Shown: piece after piece, positions 37,750-47,086 of the stretch
Position numbering within the stretch: the first letter of the stretch is position 1
Layout: every line of letters starts with the position of its first letter
DNA from: an uncultured Candidatus Saccharibacteria bacterium
GTDB lineage: Bacteria; Patescibacteriota; Andersenbacteria; UBA10190
Length of the DNA stretch: 64,000 nt
Direction of reading: 5' to 3'
Assembly (NCBI GenBank): GCA_964371255.1
Contig: CAYJKV010000001.1
Span: 32,573-96,572, forward strand
Notes under the pieces: model-generated
Database searches by the model: none
What the model was told of the DNA's origin: nothing
The model's input: only the letters and a program-made list of their open reading frames with translations
Program-made: the position numbers and the translations under genes

Positions 37750-38508
37750 ATGGTGAATCAAGGCGAGGATAGACCGACATCAACGACCGAAACGCAATCG
37801 GCGGTGGGAGTGCCGGTGGCGATAGTGGTAGCAGGCGCATTAATTGCGGCGGCCATTTACTTCGGCGGATCATCGGTGAAAACCGAGGGGGGCGCAGTAG
37901 TGAACGGGCCAACTAAGGCAGCCGTACAGCCAGCGGATGACGGCCAAGTGGCTGGCGTGGAAGTAGGCAATATCCGGCCAATAGATGATAAGGACCATGT
38001 ACGAGGAGCAGCGAATGCTAAAGTCACGATTATTGAATATTCGGATATCGAGTGCCCATTTTGCAAACGGTTCCATCCAACCATCAGGAAGGTTTTAGAA
38101 GCATATCCGAACGATGTGCGATGGGTTTACAGACACTTCCCGCTGGAGCAATTGCATCCCAATGCCAAGGTGGCAGCTTTGGCCACGGAGTGTGCCGGTG
38201 AACAAGGCAAGTTTTGGGAAATGCTGGATTACTTGTTAGAAAAAGTGCAAACCGGAGAGGAATTGGCGGAAGCTAACTTGCCGTCTTTAGCGCAAAAGGC
38301 TGGAGTCCCGGCGGTGAATCAGTTTACTGCTTGCCTGTCGTCACAGAAGTATGAGGCTAGAATCGCCAGTGATGTGCAAGATGCGGCGACGGCTGGCGGG
38401 CAGGGAACGCCATATAGTGTGATCATCGGTCCGAATGGAGAGAAAGAGCCTTTGTCAGGTGCGCAACCCTACGAAGCGGTTAAAGTAGCGGTAGAGAAGT
38501 TTCTATAG
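37750..38508 (+). CDS. DsbA family protein
   Basis: EYSDIECPFC, RHFPL..LH, GTPYS. Confidence 0.9.
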   Translation: MVNQGEDRPTSTTETQSAVGVPVAIVVAGALIAAAIYFGGSSVKTEGGAVVNGPTKAAVQPADDGQVAGVEVGNIRPIDDKDHVRGAANAKVTIIEYSDIECPFCKRFHPTIRKVLEAYPNDVRWVYRHFPLEQLHPNAKVAALATECAGEQGKFWEMLDYLLEKVQTGEELAEANLPSLAQKAGVPAVNQFTACLSSQKYEARIASDVQDAATAGGQGTPYSVIIGPNGEKEPLSGAQPYEAVKVAVEKFL

Positions 38509-38579
38509 TACTGAAACCAGAGGATTGGTATAAAAATAATAGGAGTTGATATTCCAGCATGACCGGAGGCTAAAGGATA

Positions 38580-38660
38580 AAATCCTAAATCCTATCCGCC
38601 AGATGGCGGACTAAATCCTATAACAAATTCTAAATAAAAAAATCATAAATCTTAAGCATA
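38580..38660. repeat. 7-mer tract (AAATCCT) interrupted by the palindrome TCCGCC-AGAT-GGCGGA
   Basis: Direct reading; CTA on both sides of 38595-38610. Confidence 0.8.
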
Positions 38661-38777
38661 AAATGATTTAAGGTTGATGATGCGCTAAAGGTAGAATCCT
38701 TAACATAAAGCTAGAAAGCCAAAACCTGTCTGCAGGTAAGGCTGACTCTGTTGGCGGCGAATCCCGATCACATCCCG

Positions 38778-38806
38778 TCCGCCTCCGCCAGTAGGCGGAC
38801 GGCGGA
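38778..38806. repeat. Nested TCCGCC/GGCGGA palindromes
   Basis: tccgcc[tccgccagtaggcgga]cggcgga. Confidence 0.8.
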
Positions 38807-38902
38807 ACGATGGCCTATTTAAAAATGGTGCAGCGGTGATTTAGGATAAGTGACTGCTTGGGGAAATGAGATAAAGAAAGAGGGTCGTGATATAATAGGT
38901 TC

Positions 38903-39964
38903 ATGAAAGATTGGTTGTTTAGCAGTCCCCTTTGGGAAGCGGTGCTGTTTGGCAATACTTTATACGACTACCTGCTGGCAGTGGGTTTATTTGTGTCGTT
39001 TGTCCTCGTTTTTAAAGGACTACAATGGGTGGCATTGCGATCAGTTGAAGAGTTGATCAGACGAACAGAAACAGCCTGGGATGACGCAGCGATCACGATC
39101 ATTAAGACGATACGGCCGCCATTTTACTGGTACGTGGCGTTTTATATCGCGCTGAAATATTTAAGAATTGAGAGCTGGCCAGCCAAGGCGGTGGATTTGA
39201 TGTTAATAACCTGGCTGGTGTATCAAGTAGTGCTGGCCCTGAGGATTCTGATTGATTTTTATGTGGAGCAGCGGCTATCCAAAACTGACAAAGGAGCACA
39301 GGCAGCCACCCAGCTGGTGCATAGTTTGGCGGGAGTGGGATTGTGGTTGTTGGGGGGTTTGTTTATATTGCAGAATTTCGGGATTAACGTGACGTCCTTG
39401 ATCGCCGGTTTGGGTATCGGCGGGATTGCTATCGCTTTAGCGGCGCAAAATGTTTTAGCTGACCTGTTCAGTTCGATAGCGATTTATTTTGATAAACCGT
39501 TTGTGCCGGGCGACTTTATTGAGTTGAACGGTAATAAAGGTACCGTGCAGAAAATCGGAATTAAAACAACCCGGATCAGAGCACTGAACGGGGAGGAGAT
39601 TATTGTGCCCAATCGAGAAGTGACAGGAGTAGTAATCAGGAATATCGGGCGGCGGAAAGAGCGGCGGGTACTATTTAACATTGGTATTGTCTATGAGACT
39701 TTAACGGACAAGGTAAAAATGGTACCAGACTTAATCAGGCAGGTAATTGAAGCTCAAGAGCAGACGGAGTTTGACCGGGTGCATCTCAAGGAGCTGGCCG
39801 AATCAGCTCTCAATTTTGAGGCGGTCTATCACATTAAATCGAAAGACTACGAGATATACATGGACATTAACCAGCAAATATTACTGGGAATAAAAGAAGC
39901 GTTTGAACGGAACGGTATTGAGATCGCCTATCCTACGAGAACGGTCTATGTCAATAAATTATAA
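38903..39964 (+). CDS. MscS family mechanosensitive channel
   Basis: LIAGLGIGGIAIALAAQ, DKPF.PGD, IGIKTTR, IAYPT. Confidence 0.93.
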   Translation: MKDWLFSSPLWEAVLFGNTLYDYLLAVGLFVSFVLVFKGLQWVALRSVEELIRRTETAWDDAAITIIKTIRPPFYWYVAFYIALKYLRIESWPAKAVDLMLITWLVYQVVLALRILIDFYVEQRLSKTDKGAQAATQLVHSLAGVGLWLLGGLFILQNFGINVTSLIAGLGIGGIAIALAAQNVLADLFSSIAIYFDKPFVPGDFIELNGNKGTVQKIGIKTTRIRALNGEEIIVPNREVTGVVIRNIGRRKERRVLFNIGIVYETLTDKVKMVPDLIRQVIEAQEQTEFDRVHLKELAESALNFEAVYHIKSKDYEIYMDINQQILLGIKEAFERNGIEIAYPTRTVYVNKL

Positions 39965-40026
39965 AAGGGGCTAAGTTACCGGATTGAGGAATATTGACTT
40001 TAAAGGAGAGAAGAAACTAGTAGAAT

Positions 40027-40073
40027 AATTTTTGTCAATTAGTTTTGACAAAAATTTTGAATGCTCGCACAAT
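40027..40073 (+). promoter_or_regulatory. sigma70 promoter overlapping a perfect 12-bp inverted repeat
   Basis: aatttttgtcaa-N6-ttgacaaaaatt; TTGACA-17-CACAAT. Confidence 0.6.
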
Positions 40074-40124
40074 CTTAACGTGTGGTTCCTTTTTTATTTC
40101 GAGGTTTTTGCAAGGACGTTTGTG

Positions 40125-40442
40125 ATGCTTCAAACCTTCTCTTTTCAGTCGATGTTTCGGGATATTCGGCCATCAGATGTGCAGAAGATCGCCAGGCGTC
40201 AGGTGTGTTGCGTAACAGGCAAACAGATTAAGCCGGAGGACTGGCTGGCGATTGTGGTGGACGGAGGAACGCGGAAGTTCTGTTTGTCGGATTGTGTCAA
40301 CGGTCGTCGGGCTTGTGTACCAACCAGAGAACTCGTGGAAACGATGGTGCCTGGTTTTAGCAATCTGAAGCTGAAAACGGTCGATCGCTATTCATCAGGG
40401 ACTAGGAAGAAAAGCGGTACGAACGTTATGGCGGGGGTGTAG
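40125..40442 (+). CDS. Small Cys-rich protein, TRASH/YHS-like metal-binding pattern
   Basis: CCVTGKQI...VVDGGTRKFCLSDC; AAGGA SD before 40125. Confidence 0.55.
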   Translation: MLQTFSFQSMFRDIRPSDVQKIARRQVCCVTGKQIKPEDWLAIVVDGGTRKFCLSDCVNGRRACVPTRELVETMVPGFSNLKLKTVDRYSSGTRKKSGTNVMAGV

Positions 40443-40501
40443 CGGTTGAAGAGGGTGAGATGATATCTGGTATTATTACTCTTTTTTGATCTTGGGAGCT
40501 G

Positions 40502-40687
40502 TTGATGAAGAAGCCAAGAAACAACAGGCAGAATAATGCCGAGAAGCGAACAGTGGCAAACGGTACAGGGGAGAGCATTGGCTATAATCCCCCCAGCACA
40601 GTCAGGAGACGACCCAGCATAGTGCTCAGAAGAGTTCTGGTGCATGCGATGCCACTTCCCCGGAAAAATGGAAGCAACTCGAAATAG
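40502..40687 (+). CDS. Possible small basic protein
   Basis: GGGAG SD and terminator right after; no recognisable motif. Confidence 0.3.
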   Translation: MMKKPRNNRQNNAEKRTVANGTGESIGYNPPSTVRRRPSIVLRRVLVHAMPLPRKNGSNSK

Positions 40688-40711
40688 TGCATCAGGCGAT
40701 GTCATTGGCAC

Positions 40712-40737
40712 AAGGCGAATGGAATCGCCTTTTTTTC
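40712..40737 (+). terminator. Intrinsic terminator
   Basis: aaggcga-atggaa-tcgcctt followed by a T-run. Confidence 0.7.
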
Positions 40738-40761
40738 TTGGTTTAAATGTGTTGAACTATA

Positions 40762-41502
40762 ATGATGATTGAGCTATTACCCAGCCGCGAAGTTGTTATT
40801 AGTATCGGCCAATGGTCGGTGCGCTGGTACGGCGGATTATATGTGGCTGCGTTTGTACTGGGTCTATGGCTGCTGCCAAAATTACAGAAGTATCGCGGGT
40901 TGCAACTGAGAGCTGGGCTGTGGCTGGAAATGGTAACCTGGGCGGCGGCTGGGGTGCTGATAGGAGGACGATTGGGATACGTGGTGCTGTATGGATGGGA
41001 ATATTACCAAATGCATCCAAGAGAGATCTTCAATCTATGGCAGGGTGGCATGTCGAGCCACGGCGGATTTATCGGGGTGGCCATAGCGTTATGGGTCGCG
41101 AGCCGATTACAAAACATTAATTATTGGCAAATACTCGACGTGTTCGCGGTGCCGGCAGCACTGGGTTTATTATTAGGGCGGATCGGGAATGTGATTAATA
41201 ACGAAATCTTTGCGACACCGCTAAGCCAATTCTTGGTGGTAGGGAAAGATTTATTAATCGCCGTAATATGCTGGTGGCATCTACGGCGGGCAGAGGCGGC
41301 ACCGGGAAAGACGATGGCGCTATTTTTAGTCGTGTACGGAATAATGCGATTTTTGATGGAGTATGTGCGGGAACAGGATTGGCCAAGCGTCTGGGGATTA
41401 ACGCGGGGACAGTGGTTTACGTTACCGGTAATAGTGGCAGGAGTTGGCATGTGGTGGTATTTTAACCAAACCAATGATCAATCAAAAACGACATTTCGGT
41501 GA
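40762..41502 (+). CDS. lgt: Prolipoprotein diacylglyceryl transferase (short form)
   Basis: VRWYG, GGRLGYV, WQGGMSSHGG, GRIGNVINNE, RFLMEYVRE, TRGQ. Confidence 0.9.
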   Translation: MMIELLPSREVVISIGQWSVRWYGGLYVAAFVLGLWLLPKLQKYRGLQLRAGLWLEMVTWAAAGVLIGGRLGYVVLYGWEYYQMHPREIFNLWQGGMSSHGGFIGVAIALWVASRLQNINYWQILDVFAVPAALGLLLGRIGNVINNEIFATPLSQFLVVGKDLLIAVICWWHLRRAEAAPGKTMALFLVVYGIMRFLMEYVREQDWPSVWGLTRGQWFTLPVIVAGVGMWWYFNQTNDQSKTTFR

Positions 41503-44500
41503 GCAAATAAGAGAAAGAAGGACTCTGCTTACTCGTTTTGCGGTCCTTTATAAACAGCTCAACGCAGAGCAGCGGGAAGCGGTTGATACGATCGAGGGGC
41601 CGGTAATGGTGATGGCTGGTCCAGGAACAGGCAAAACACAAGTTTTAACGATGCGGATCGCTAATATCCTACGGCAAACGGATACCGATGCCAGCAGTAT
41701 TTTATGCTTAACTTTTACTGAATCGGCGGCGGCGGCGATGCGCGAGAGATTACTGGGAATAATTGGTACAGACGCTTACCGGGTGCGGATAGGGACCTTC
41801 CACTCTTTTTGCAATGACATTATTCAGGACAACCCGGAAAAGTTTGCTTTAGCCCAGGAGTGGCAGGCGTTAGCGCAGGTGGAACGAATTGAGGTGTTAC
41901 AGCAGGAAATTGATCGATTGCCAGGGCATAGCTCCTTGAAACCATTTGGCAGCCCGTACTTATTTTTACCGGACATTATTGAGAATTTGCAATGGCTCAA
42001 GAAAGAGGGGATAGAAGCGAAAGAGTTGCAACAACTCGTGCAAAGCAGTCAGATTTTTGCAGAAGAAGTTAGGCCATTGGTTGATGGTTTTGCTCAACAA
42101 CGGGCAACTGACCGCACCGAGCAGGCAACTAATCAATTGATTGAGGCATTGAAAGGGCGGCAGCAAAAAACAAAAGCGGGCCAGGCAGTCTGGCGCCTCG
42201 CGCAAGAGGTGATAAGGGAATATGAAACAGCCGAGGGCCAGGCGGAAAATAAGCGGCAACAAGGGAAAGCCCGTACGCAATTTAAAAATAAGTTAAAAAA
42301 AATAACAGAAGGATTGGCCAAGCAGGCACCGCGACAGGCGGAATTGGTCCGAGTATATCAAGGGTATCAAAAGCGGCTAAAAGAGATGGGGCGATATGAT
42401 TTTGACGACATGATATTGCAGGTATTGGCTGTCCTGGCAAGAGATGATGAATTGCTGGCTCAGTATCAGGAGAAATGGCAATACATACTAGTTGATGAAT
42501 ATCAGGACACTAATGGAGCACAAAATGAAATCGTTAATTTAATTAGCCGCTGGCACGAAGCGCCTAATGTATTTGTGGTGGGTGATGATCAGCAATCGAT
42601 CTTTCGTTTTCAAGGAGCTTCATTGGAGAATTTACTTGGTTTTTGGCAGCGTTATCAGACACACATCAAAGTAATAACCCTAAAGAAAAATTATCGCAGC
42701 CACCAACTAATTCTGGACGCGGCCGGACAGCTGATCAACCATAATCAGGAAACGGTGGCGCGGTATGTGCCAGGGACAAAAGTCGCGTTGACGGCGGCCA
42801 ATGGGAATGAAGCGTACAAGATAGAGGAAATTAAGTTTGAGACAGAAGAAATGGAAAGATATGGGGTGGCGCAGCGGATTAAAAGTTTGATTGAGACTGG
42901 GGTAAAGCCGGCCGAAATTGCCGTACTGGGCCGCTACAATCGCGATGTTGAAGAAATGGGTGAAGTGCTAATTAAACTGGGAGTACCTGTGGCTTTACAA
43001 GTGGGATTCAATGTTTTGCGGGAGGTGAGGGTTCAGCAATTTAAGCGTTTAGTAGAATGGGCTGTGGGGACACAGCGAGAGGACAGATTGGCCGACGTTC
43101 TGCAATATGATTGGTGGGGGTTCAAACCACTGGATGTACTGAAAATCATTTATTACGCCGGCCAAAAGCGCATGGGGGTTTTGGGTGTGCTGATGAACGA
43201 ACAGAAGCTGAAGCAGGCAGAGGTGGAGCAGCCAGATAAATTTATTGCCTGGGCACGGAGGGCGGCTAAATGGAAACGCCAGCTGGTAAATCAACCGTTA
43301 GTTTTTGTGTTTGATGAATTGCTAAATGACACAGGTTTATTAAGGAGGATTTTGCAGGAACCAAATGGATTAAACGTTTTAAATGCGCTGAACTCCTTGT
43401 GGGCGGAGCTGAAAAGAATGAGTGCGGTTAAACCTGACCTAACGATGGAGAATTTTATGGACCGTTTAGCTTTAATGGAGGAAAACCGGCTACCATTAAT
43501 GGCCGAAGCCGGGCTCAAGGGCAGCGGCGGGGTACGATTAATGACAGCGCACAAAGCGAAGGGTTTAGAGTTCGAGCAGGTCTTTATTATAAAACTGGTT
43601 GATAGGCATTGGGGTAACCAACGGAATCGGACCAGGCTGCCCTTACCGCCGGGGATTGTAAGGTTTGATCCCGTCGCCGGACAGGAAAATGATGAAGATG
43701 AACGCCGACTATTTTATGTCGCGTTAACGCGAGCTAAAAAGCATTTATATTGGTCATACGCTCAATTTGATACGAATGGAAAAGAGCAGATACCGGCTCA
43801 GTTTCGGGGCGAGGTGAGCGCGGAGTTGGTTGAATCGACGAACTGGGCCATGAGCGGGAGGCAAAGCCAAGAGTGCGCATTGCTGCAGCATGAACGCGCC
43901 GGGAAGCAATTGAATGACGAGATGATTAGGCACTGGGCAGCGGAGAAGCTCAAAACCTATGTTATGAGTGTGACGCATCTGAACCATTATTTAGAATGTC
44001 CCAGGATGTTTTATTACCGAAGTTTTCTGCATGTGCCAGCGGCAAAAAATAAACACTTAGCTTTTGGCACGGCGATGCACGGGGCGCTGTATGACGCTTG
44101 GCAAATGACGCGAGAGTCAAAACCAGTGTCAGAGAAATATTTGGTAGATCGGTTTAAGCGACGGTTGCGACGGGAGATTTTGTCCGTTAGGGATCGGCGG
44201 GACAGCATAGCAATCGGTGAAAAAGTTTTGCGTGAATATTTTCAGTATTATGGTTTTGTCGCAGGCAAAAAAATGGAGTTGGAATATAATTTTCGGCGGC
44301 ATGGTGTGCTGCTGGGGGAGTTGCCATTAACGGGGCAACTGGACAAGATTGAATATTTGAACAAGCAGCAGGTGAAAGTGGTGGATTATAAGACTGGCAA
44401 TCCTGACAGTGCATATCAAGAAAGCCGGCCGGGTGGAAAGTATCATCGCCAACTCGTGTTTTATAAACTGCTTTGTGATGAATCAAAAAGGTTTAATTAT

Positions 44501-44728
44501 CAGATGGTGAGCGGAGAATTAGATTTTATTCAGCCCAGTATGCGCCGGGGAACACTTATCCGCCTGGAGTACGTGATTACCGCGCGAGAAGTGGCGGAGC
44601 TGAAGGATACCATCGGGCGCGTGTGGGCTGAGATTAAGACATTAAAGTTTATGGATGAGGGTGCCGGTTGCGGTAAGTGCGATTACTGCCTGGCACCGCG
44701 TGCCGCAAGGCTGGTGAAATTAAAATGA
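41474..44728 (+). CDS. UvrD/Rep SF1 helicase fused to a C-terminal PD-(D/E)XK nuclease
   Basis: LNAEQ, AGPGTGKT, VDEYQD, VGDDQQSIF, NYRS, TAHKAKGLEF, RRLFYVALTRAK; GQLDKIE..VVDYKTG..QL.FY; ECP and CGKCDYC. Confidence 0.92.
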   Translation: MINQKRHFGEQIRERRTLLTRFAVLYKQLNAEQREAVDTIEGPVMVMAGPGTGKTQVLTMRIANILRQTDTDASSILCLTFTESAAAAMRERLLGIIGTDAYRVRIGTFHSFCNDIIQDNPEKFALAQEWQALAQVERIEVLQQEIDRLPGHSSLKPFGSPYLFLPDIIENLQWLKKEGIEAKELQQLVQSSQIFAEEVRPLVDGFAQQRATDRTEQATNQLIEALKGRQQKTKAGQAVWRLAQEVIREYETAEGQAENKRQQGKARTQFKNKLKKITEGLAKQAPRQAELVRVYQGYQKRLKEMGRYDFDDMILQVLAVLARDDELLAQYQEKWQYILVDEYQDTNGAQNEIVNLISRWHEAPNVFVVGDDQQSIFRFQGASLENLLGFWQRYQTHIKVITLKKNYRSHQLILDAAGQLINHNQETVARYVPGTKVALTAANGNEAYKIEEIKFETEEMERYGVAQRIKSLIETGVKPAEIAVLGRYNRDVEEMGEVLIKLGVPVALQVGFNVLREVRVQQFKRLVEWAVGTQREDRLADVLQYDWWGFKPLDVLKIIYYAGQKRMGVLGVLMNEQKLKQAEVEQPDKFIAWARRAAKWKRQLVNQPLVFVFDELLNDTGLLRRILQEPNGLNVLNALNSLWAELKRMSAVKPDLTMENFMDRLALMEENRLPLMAEAGLKGSGGVRLMTAHKAKGLEFEQVFIIKLVDRHWGNQRNRTRLPLPPGIVRFDPVAGQENDEDERRLFYVALTRAKKHLYWSYAQFDTNGKEQIPAQFRGEVSAELVESTNWAMSGRQSQECALLQHERAGKQLNDEMIRHWAAEKLKTYVMSVTHLNHYLECPRMFYYRSFLHVPAAKNKHLAFGTAMHGALYDAWQMTRESKPVSEKYLVDRFKRRLRREILSVRDRRDSIAIGEKVLREYFQYYGFVAGKKMELEYNFRRHGVLLGELPLTGQLDKIEYLNKQQVKVVDYKTGNPDSAYQESRPGGKYHRQLVFYKLLCDESKRFNYQMVSGELDFIQPSMRRGTLIRLEYVITAREVAELKDTIGRVWAEIKTLKFMDEGAGCGKCDYCLAPRAARLVKLK

Positions 44729-44747
44729 AGTTGATATAATGTTGACG

Positions 44748-45344
44748 ATGAAGAATATCGGTCTAATTGGGCTAGTAGTCGCATTAGTATTAGTCTTTGG
44801 GGGCTATCTGTCCTACCGGGCGACCGGCCCGGGGACGCAGCCTAGCGTAAGTAGCGAGGGAAAGGAAAACCAAGCGGGTGCCCAGTTTATTCAAATGAAA
44901 CCGGATAACCTGCCGCCGGTGGAGCAGGAAGCAGGTCAATTAGTCGAACAAAGTACGCTCGTAGGGGAAAGTGATGAGGAGAAGACCGGAACAGTGAGCG
45001 GCGCGCGCGACGCTAACCAAGGGGGCGAACCGAAGCAGGTGAACGAGGCTAGCAAGACAGCGGTGGACCAACCAGGTGTCGTGGTCTCAATGACTGACAC
45101 AGGTTTTTTCCCGTCCACGATAACAGTAAAGGCGGGGACGATCATTAGTTTTGTAAATGATGGACAAGCGTTGCATTGGCCGGCCTCCGATCCCCATCCC
45201 GCGCATGATGGTTTGCCGGGATTTGATGCGGGGGATGGAGTGGCGACCGGAGATACTTTTGAATTTCAATTTGACCGGATAGGAGAATGGAGTTTTCATG
45301 ATCATTTAGTTCCGAGTCAGACAGGAAAAATAATCGTGGAGTGA
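44748..45344 (+). CDS. Membrane-anchored cupredoxin-fold protein
   Basis: GFFPSTITVKAGT.I.FVN, HWPASDPHPAH, F.F...GEWSFHDHL...GKIIV. Confidence 0.75.
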   Translation: MKNIGLIGLVVALVLVFGGYLSYRATGPGTQPSVSSEGKENQAGAQFIQMKPDNLPPVEQEAGQLVEQSTLVGESDEEKTGTVSGARDANQGGEPKQVNEASKTAVDQPGVVVSMTDTGFFPSTITVKAGTIISFVNDGQALHWPASDPHPAHDGLPGFDAGDGVATGDTFEFQFDRIGEWSFHDHLVPSQTGKIIVE

Positions 45345-45398
45345 GGTTAGACGGTTTATTGAGTTGAACAAAAAGGGCGTGAAGGAAGGACAATAATT

Positions 45399-46805
45399 AT
45401 GGTGACAGTAACGTTTTTTGGGGGCGCGGGCGGCGTGACGGGCTCCAAACATCTGGTGGAGCATAACAATAAAAAGACTTTGTTGGATTGCGGGACTTTT
45501 CAGGGTTTGTCAGATGTGAGGGAACGCAATCGCGCTTTGCCCTTCAGGCCGGAGACAATTGATCGGGTAGTATTATCCCACGCCCATGTTGATCATTGCG
45601 GCATGTTATTGATCTTGGTGAAGCGAGGTTTTACTGGTCCGATTCTAGCCACGGCCGCGACAAAAGAAGTGGTCAATTATATGCTGCTCGACATGGTAGG
45701 GATAGAGGCTGGCGACGCGGAATTTAGACGAAAACATCGGATCGGTGCGCCGGACGAGCGTGAGCCTTTATTTGAGGAAGAGGATGTAGCGCCAGTGATG
45801 AAGCAGTTTGTGGAGGTGCCGTACGTGCGGGAAAACAAAGGTTGGTACCCGATTGACGACGAGACGGACCTAAGGTTTTATGATGCGGGACATATTCTAG
45901 GGTCGGCTGTCAGTGTGCTTCGTTTCAAGTCGAGTAATTTTACCATGGCTTATACCGGCGATTTAGGCTCAGTCGGGATGCCGCTATTGTTTGATCCGGA
46001 AGTACCACAAGAAGAGATCCAGTTTGTGATTTGTGAAAGCACTTATGGCAGCCGCAAACATCAACCTTTGCAGCAAGCCCTGGACAGAATGGCTGCGGCG
46101 ATTAACCGGACATGCGCGCGAGGCGGAAAAATTATTGTGCCAGCTTTCTCCTTGGGACGGACGCAAGAGCTAGTCTATTGGTTACATAAGATGGTGGATA
46201 CTAAACAAATTCCCCGGTTTCCTATTTACGTTGATTCACCATTAGCAACTGACTTAACAGAGGTTTATCGGCATCATCGAGATGATTATGATGAAGAGTC
46301 ATGGACAGATTTTCCCAGGGCAGATGATCGGCCATTAGCTTTTCGCAATCTACGGTATGTGACATCGCGCGATGAGTCAGTCAGTTTGAATAGTAAAGCA
46401 GGGCCTTTTATGGTGATTTCCGCGTCAGGTATGATGTCGGCGGGACGAGTAGTACATCATTTGAAGAATAACTTATCAGATGCGAAGAACACAGTTTTTG
46501 TTACCGGATACCAGGCGGAGGGAACGTTGGGACGAAGAATACTGGAAGGAGCAAAGAGTGTCGATATATTTGGTGAGCCGGTAAGGGTCAGAGCCCAGGT
46601 GGAACTGTTGAATGAACTATCCGCACATGCTGATCGTGAACAACTACAGAGTTATCTGGAAAAAATCAGGGGACTGAGACGTGTCGCATTAGTGCATGGC
46701 GAGCCGCACCAGGCGGATGATTTAAAAAAGCAACTACAAACAGCCCATTCTGATTGGCAGGTTGATCGACCCGAGGAAGGAGAAACTCTTGAGATTAATA
46801 AGTAA
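45399..46805 (+). CDS. MBL-fold beta-CASP ribonuclease
   Basis: GVTGSKH, DCG, SHAHVDHCG, AGHILGS, ESTYG, SASGM, SAHAD, VHGE. Confidence 0.92.
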   Translation: MVTVTFFGGAGGVTGSKHLVEHNNKKTLLDCGTFQGLSDVRERNRALPFRPETIDRVVLSHAHVDHCGMLLILVKRGFTGPILATAATKEVVNYMLLDMVGIEAGDAEFRRKHRIGAPDEREPLFEEEDVAPVMKQFVEVPYVRENKGWYPIDDETDLRFYDAGHILGSAVSVLRFKSSNFTMAYTGDLGSVGMPLLFDPEVPQEEIQFVICESTYGSRKHQPLQQALDRMAAAINRTCARGGKIIVPAFSLGRTQELVYWLHKMVDTKQIPRFPIYVDSPLATDLTEVYRHHRDDYDEESWTDFPRADDRPLAFRNLRYVTSRDESVSLNSKAGPFMVISASGMMSAGRVVHHLKNNLSDAKNTVFVTGYQAEGTLGRRILEGAKSVDIFGEPVRVRAQVELLNELSAHADREQLQSYLEKIRGLRRVALVHGEPHQADDLKKQLQTAHSDWQVDRPEEGETLEINK

Positions 46806-46862
46806 ACCGCTTGATGCTCACAAAATCATAAGGGTGAGGCCAAGCGGGGTAGCGGTGAGGCG

Positions 46863-47081
46863 CTATTTTTTACCGTGCCATTTGTTATGTGTTGGATGCC
46901 ATTGCGCGTTATGGATGGCGGCAGACTTGATGTTTTTGGCGTACTTGTCACTAATCGATGCTTTACCGCGGGCACCGAGAGCGTTACCGACAATAATGCC
47001 GAGAATAATACCGGGACCAAAACCAGTTATAGCATACAGAGTAACGTAAGAGAGGATTTGAAATAAGAAAGCGATGTCCAT
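46863..47081 (-). CDS. Small membrane protein with basic His-rich tail
   Basis: Hydrophobic GxxxG-rich N-terminus; lies just after the 38-aa ORF. Confidence 0.5.
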   Translation of the reverse strand: MDIAFLFQILSYVTLYAITGFGPGIILGIIVGNALGARGKASISDKYAKNIKSAAIHNAQWHPTHNKWHGKK

Positions 47082-47086
47082 AGTAG

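Noticed and set aside
43950-44728. Cas4-like nuclease suggesting CRISPR or defence
   Set aside because: It is the C-terminal domain of a UvrD repair-type helicase; no array or cas operon
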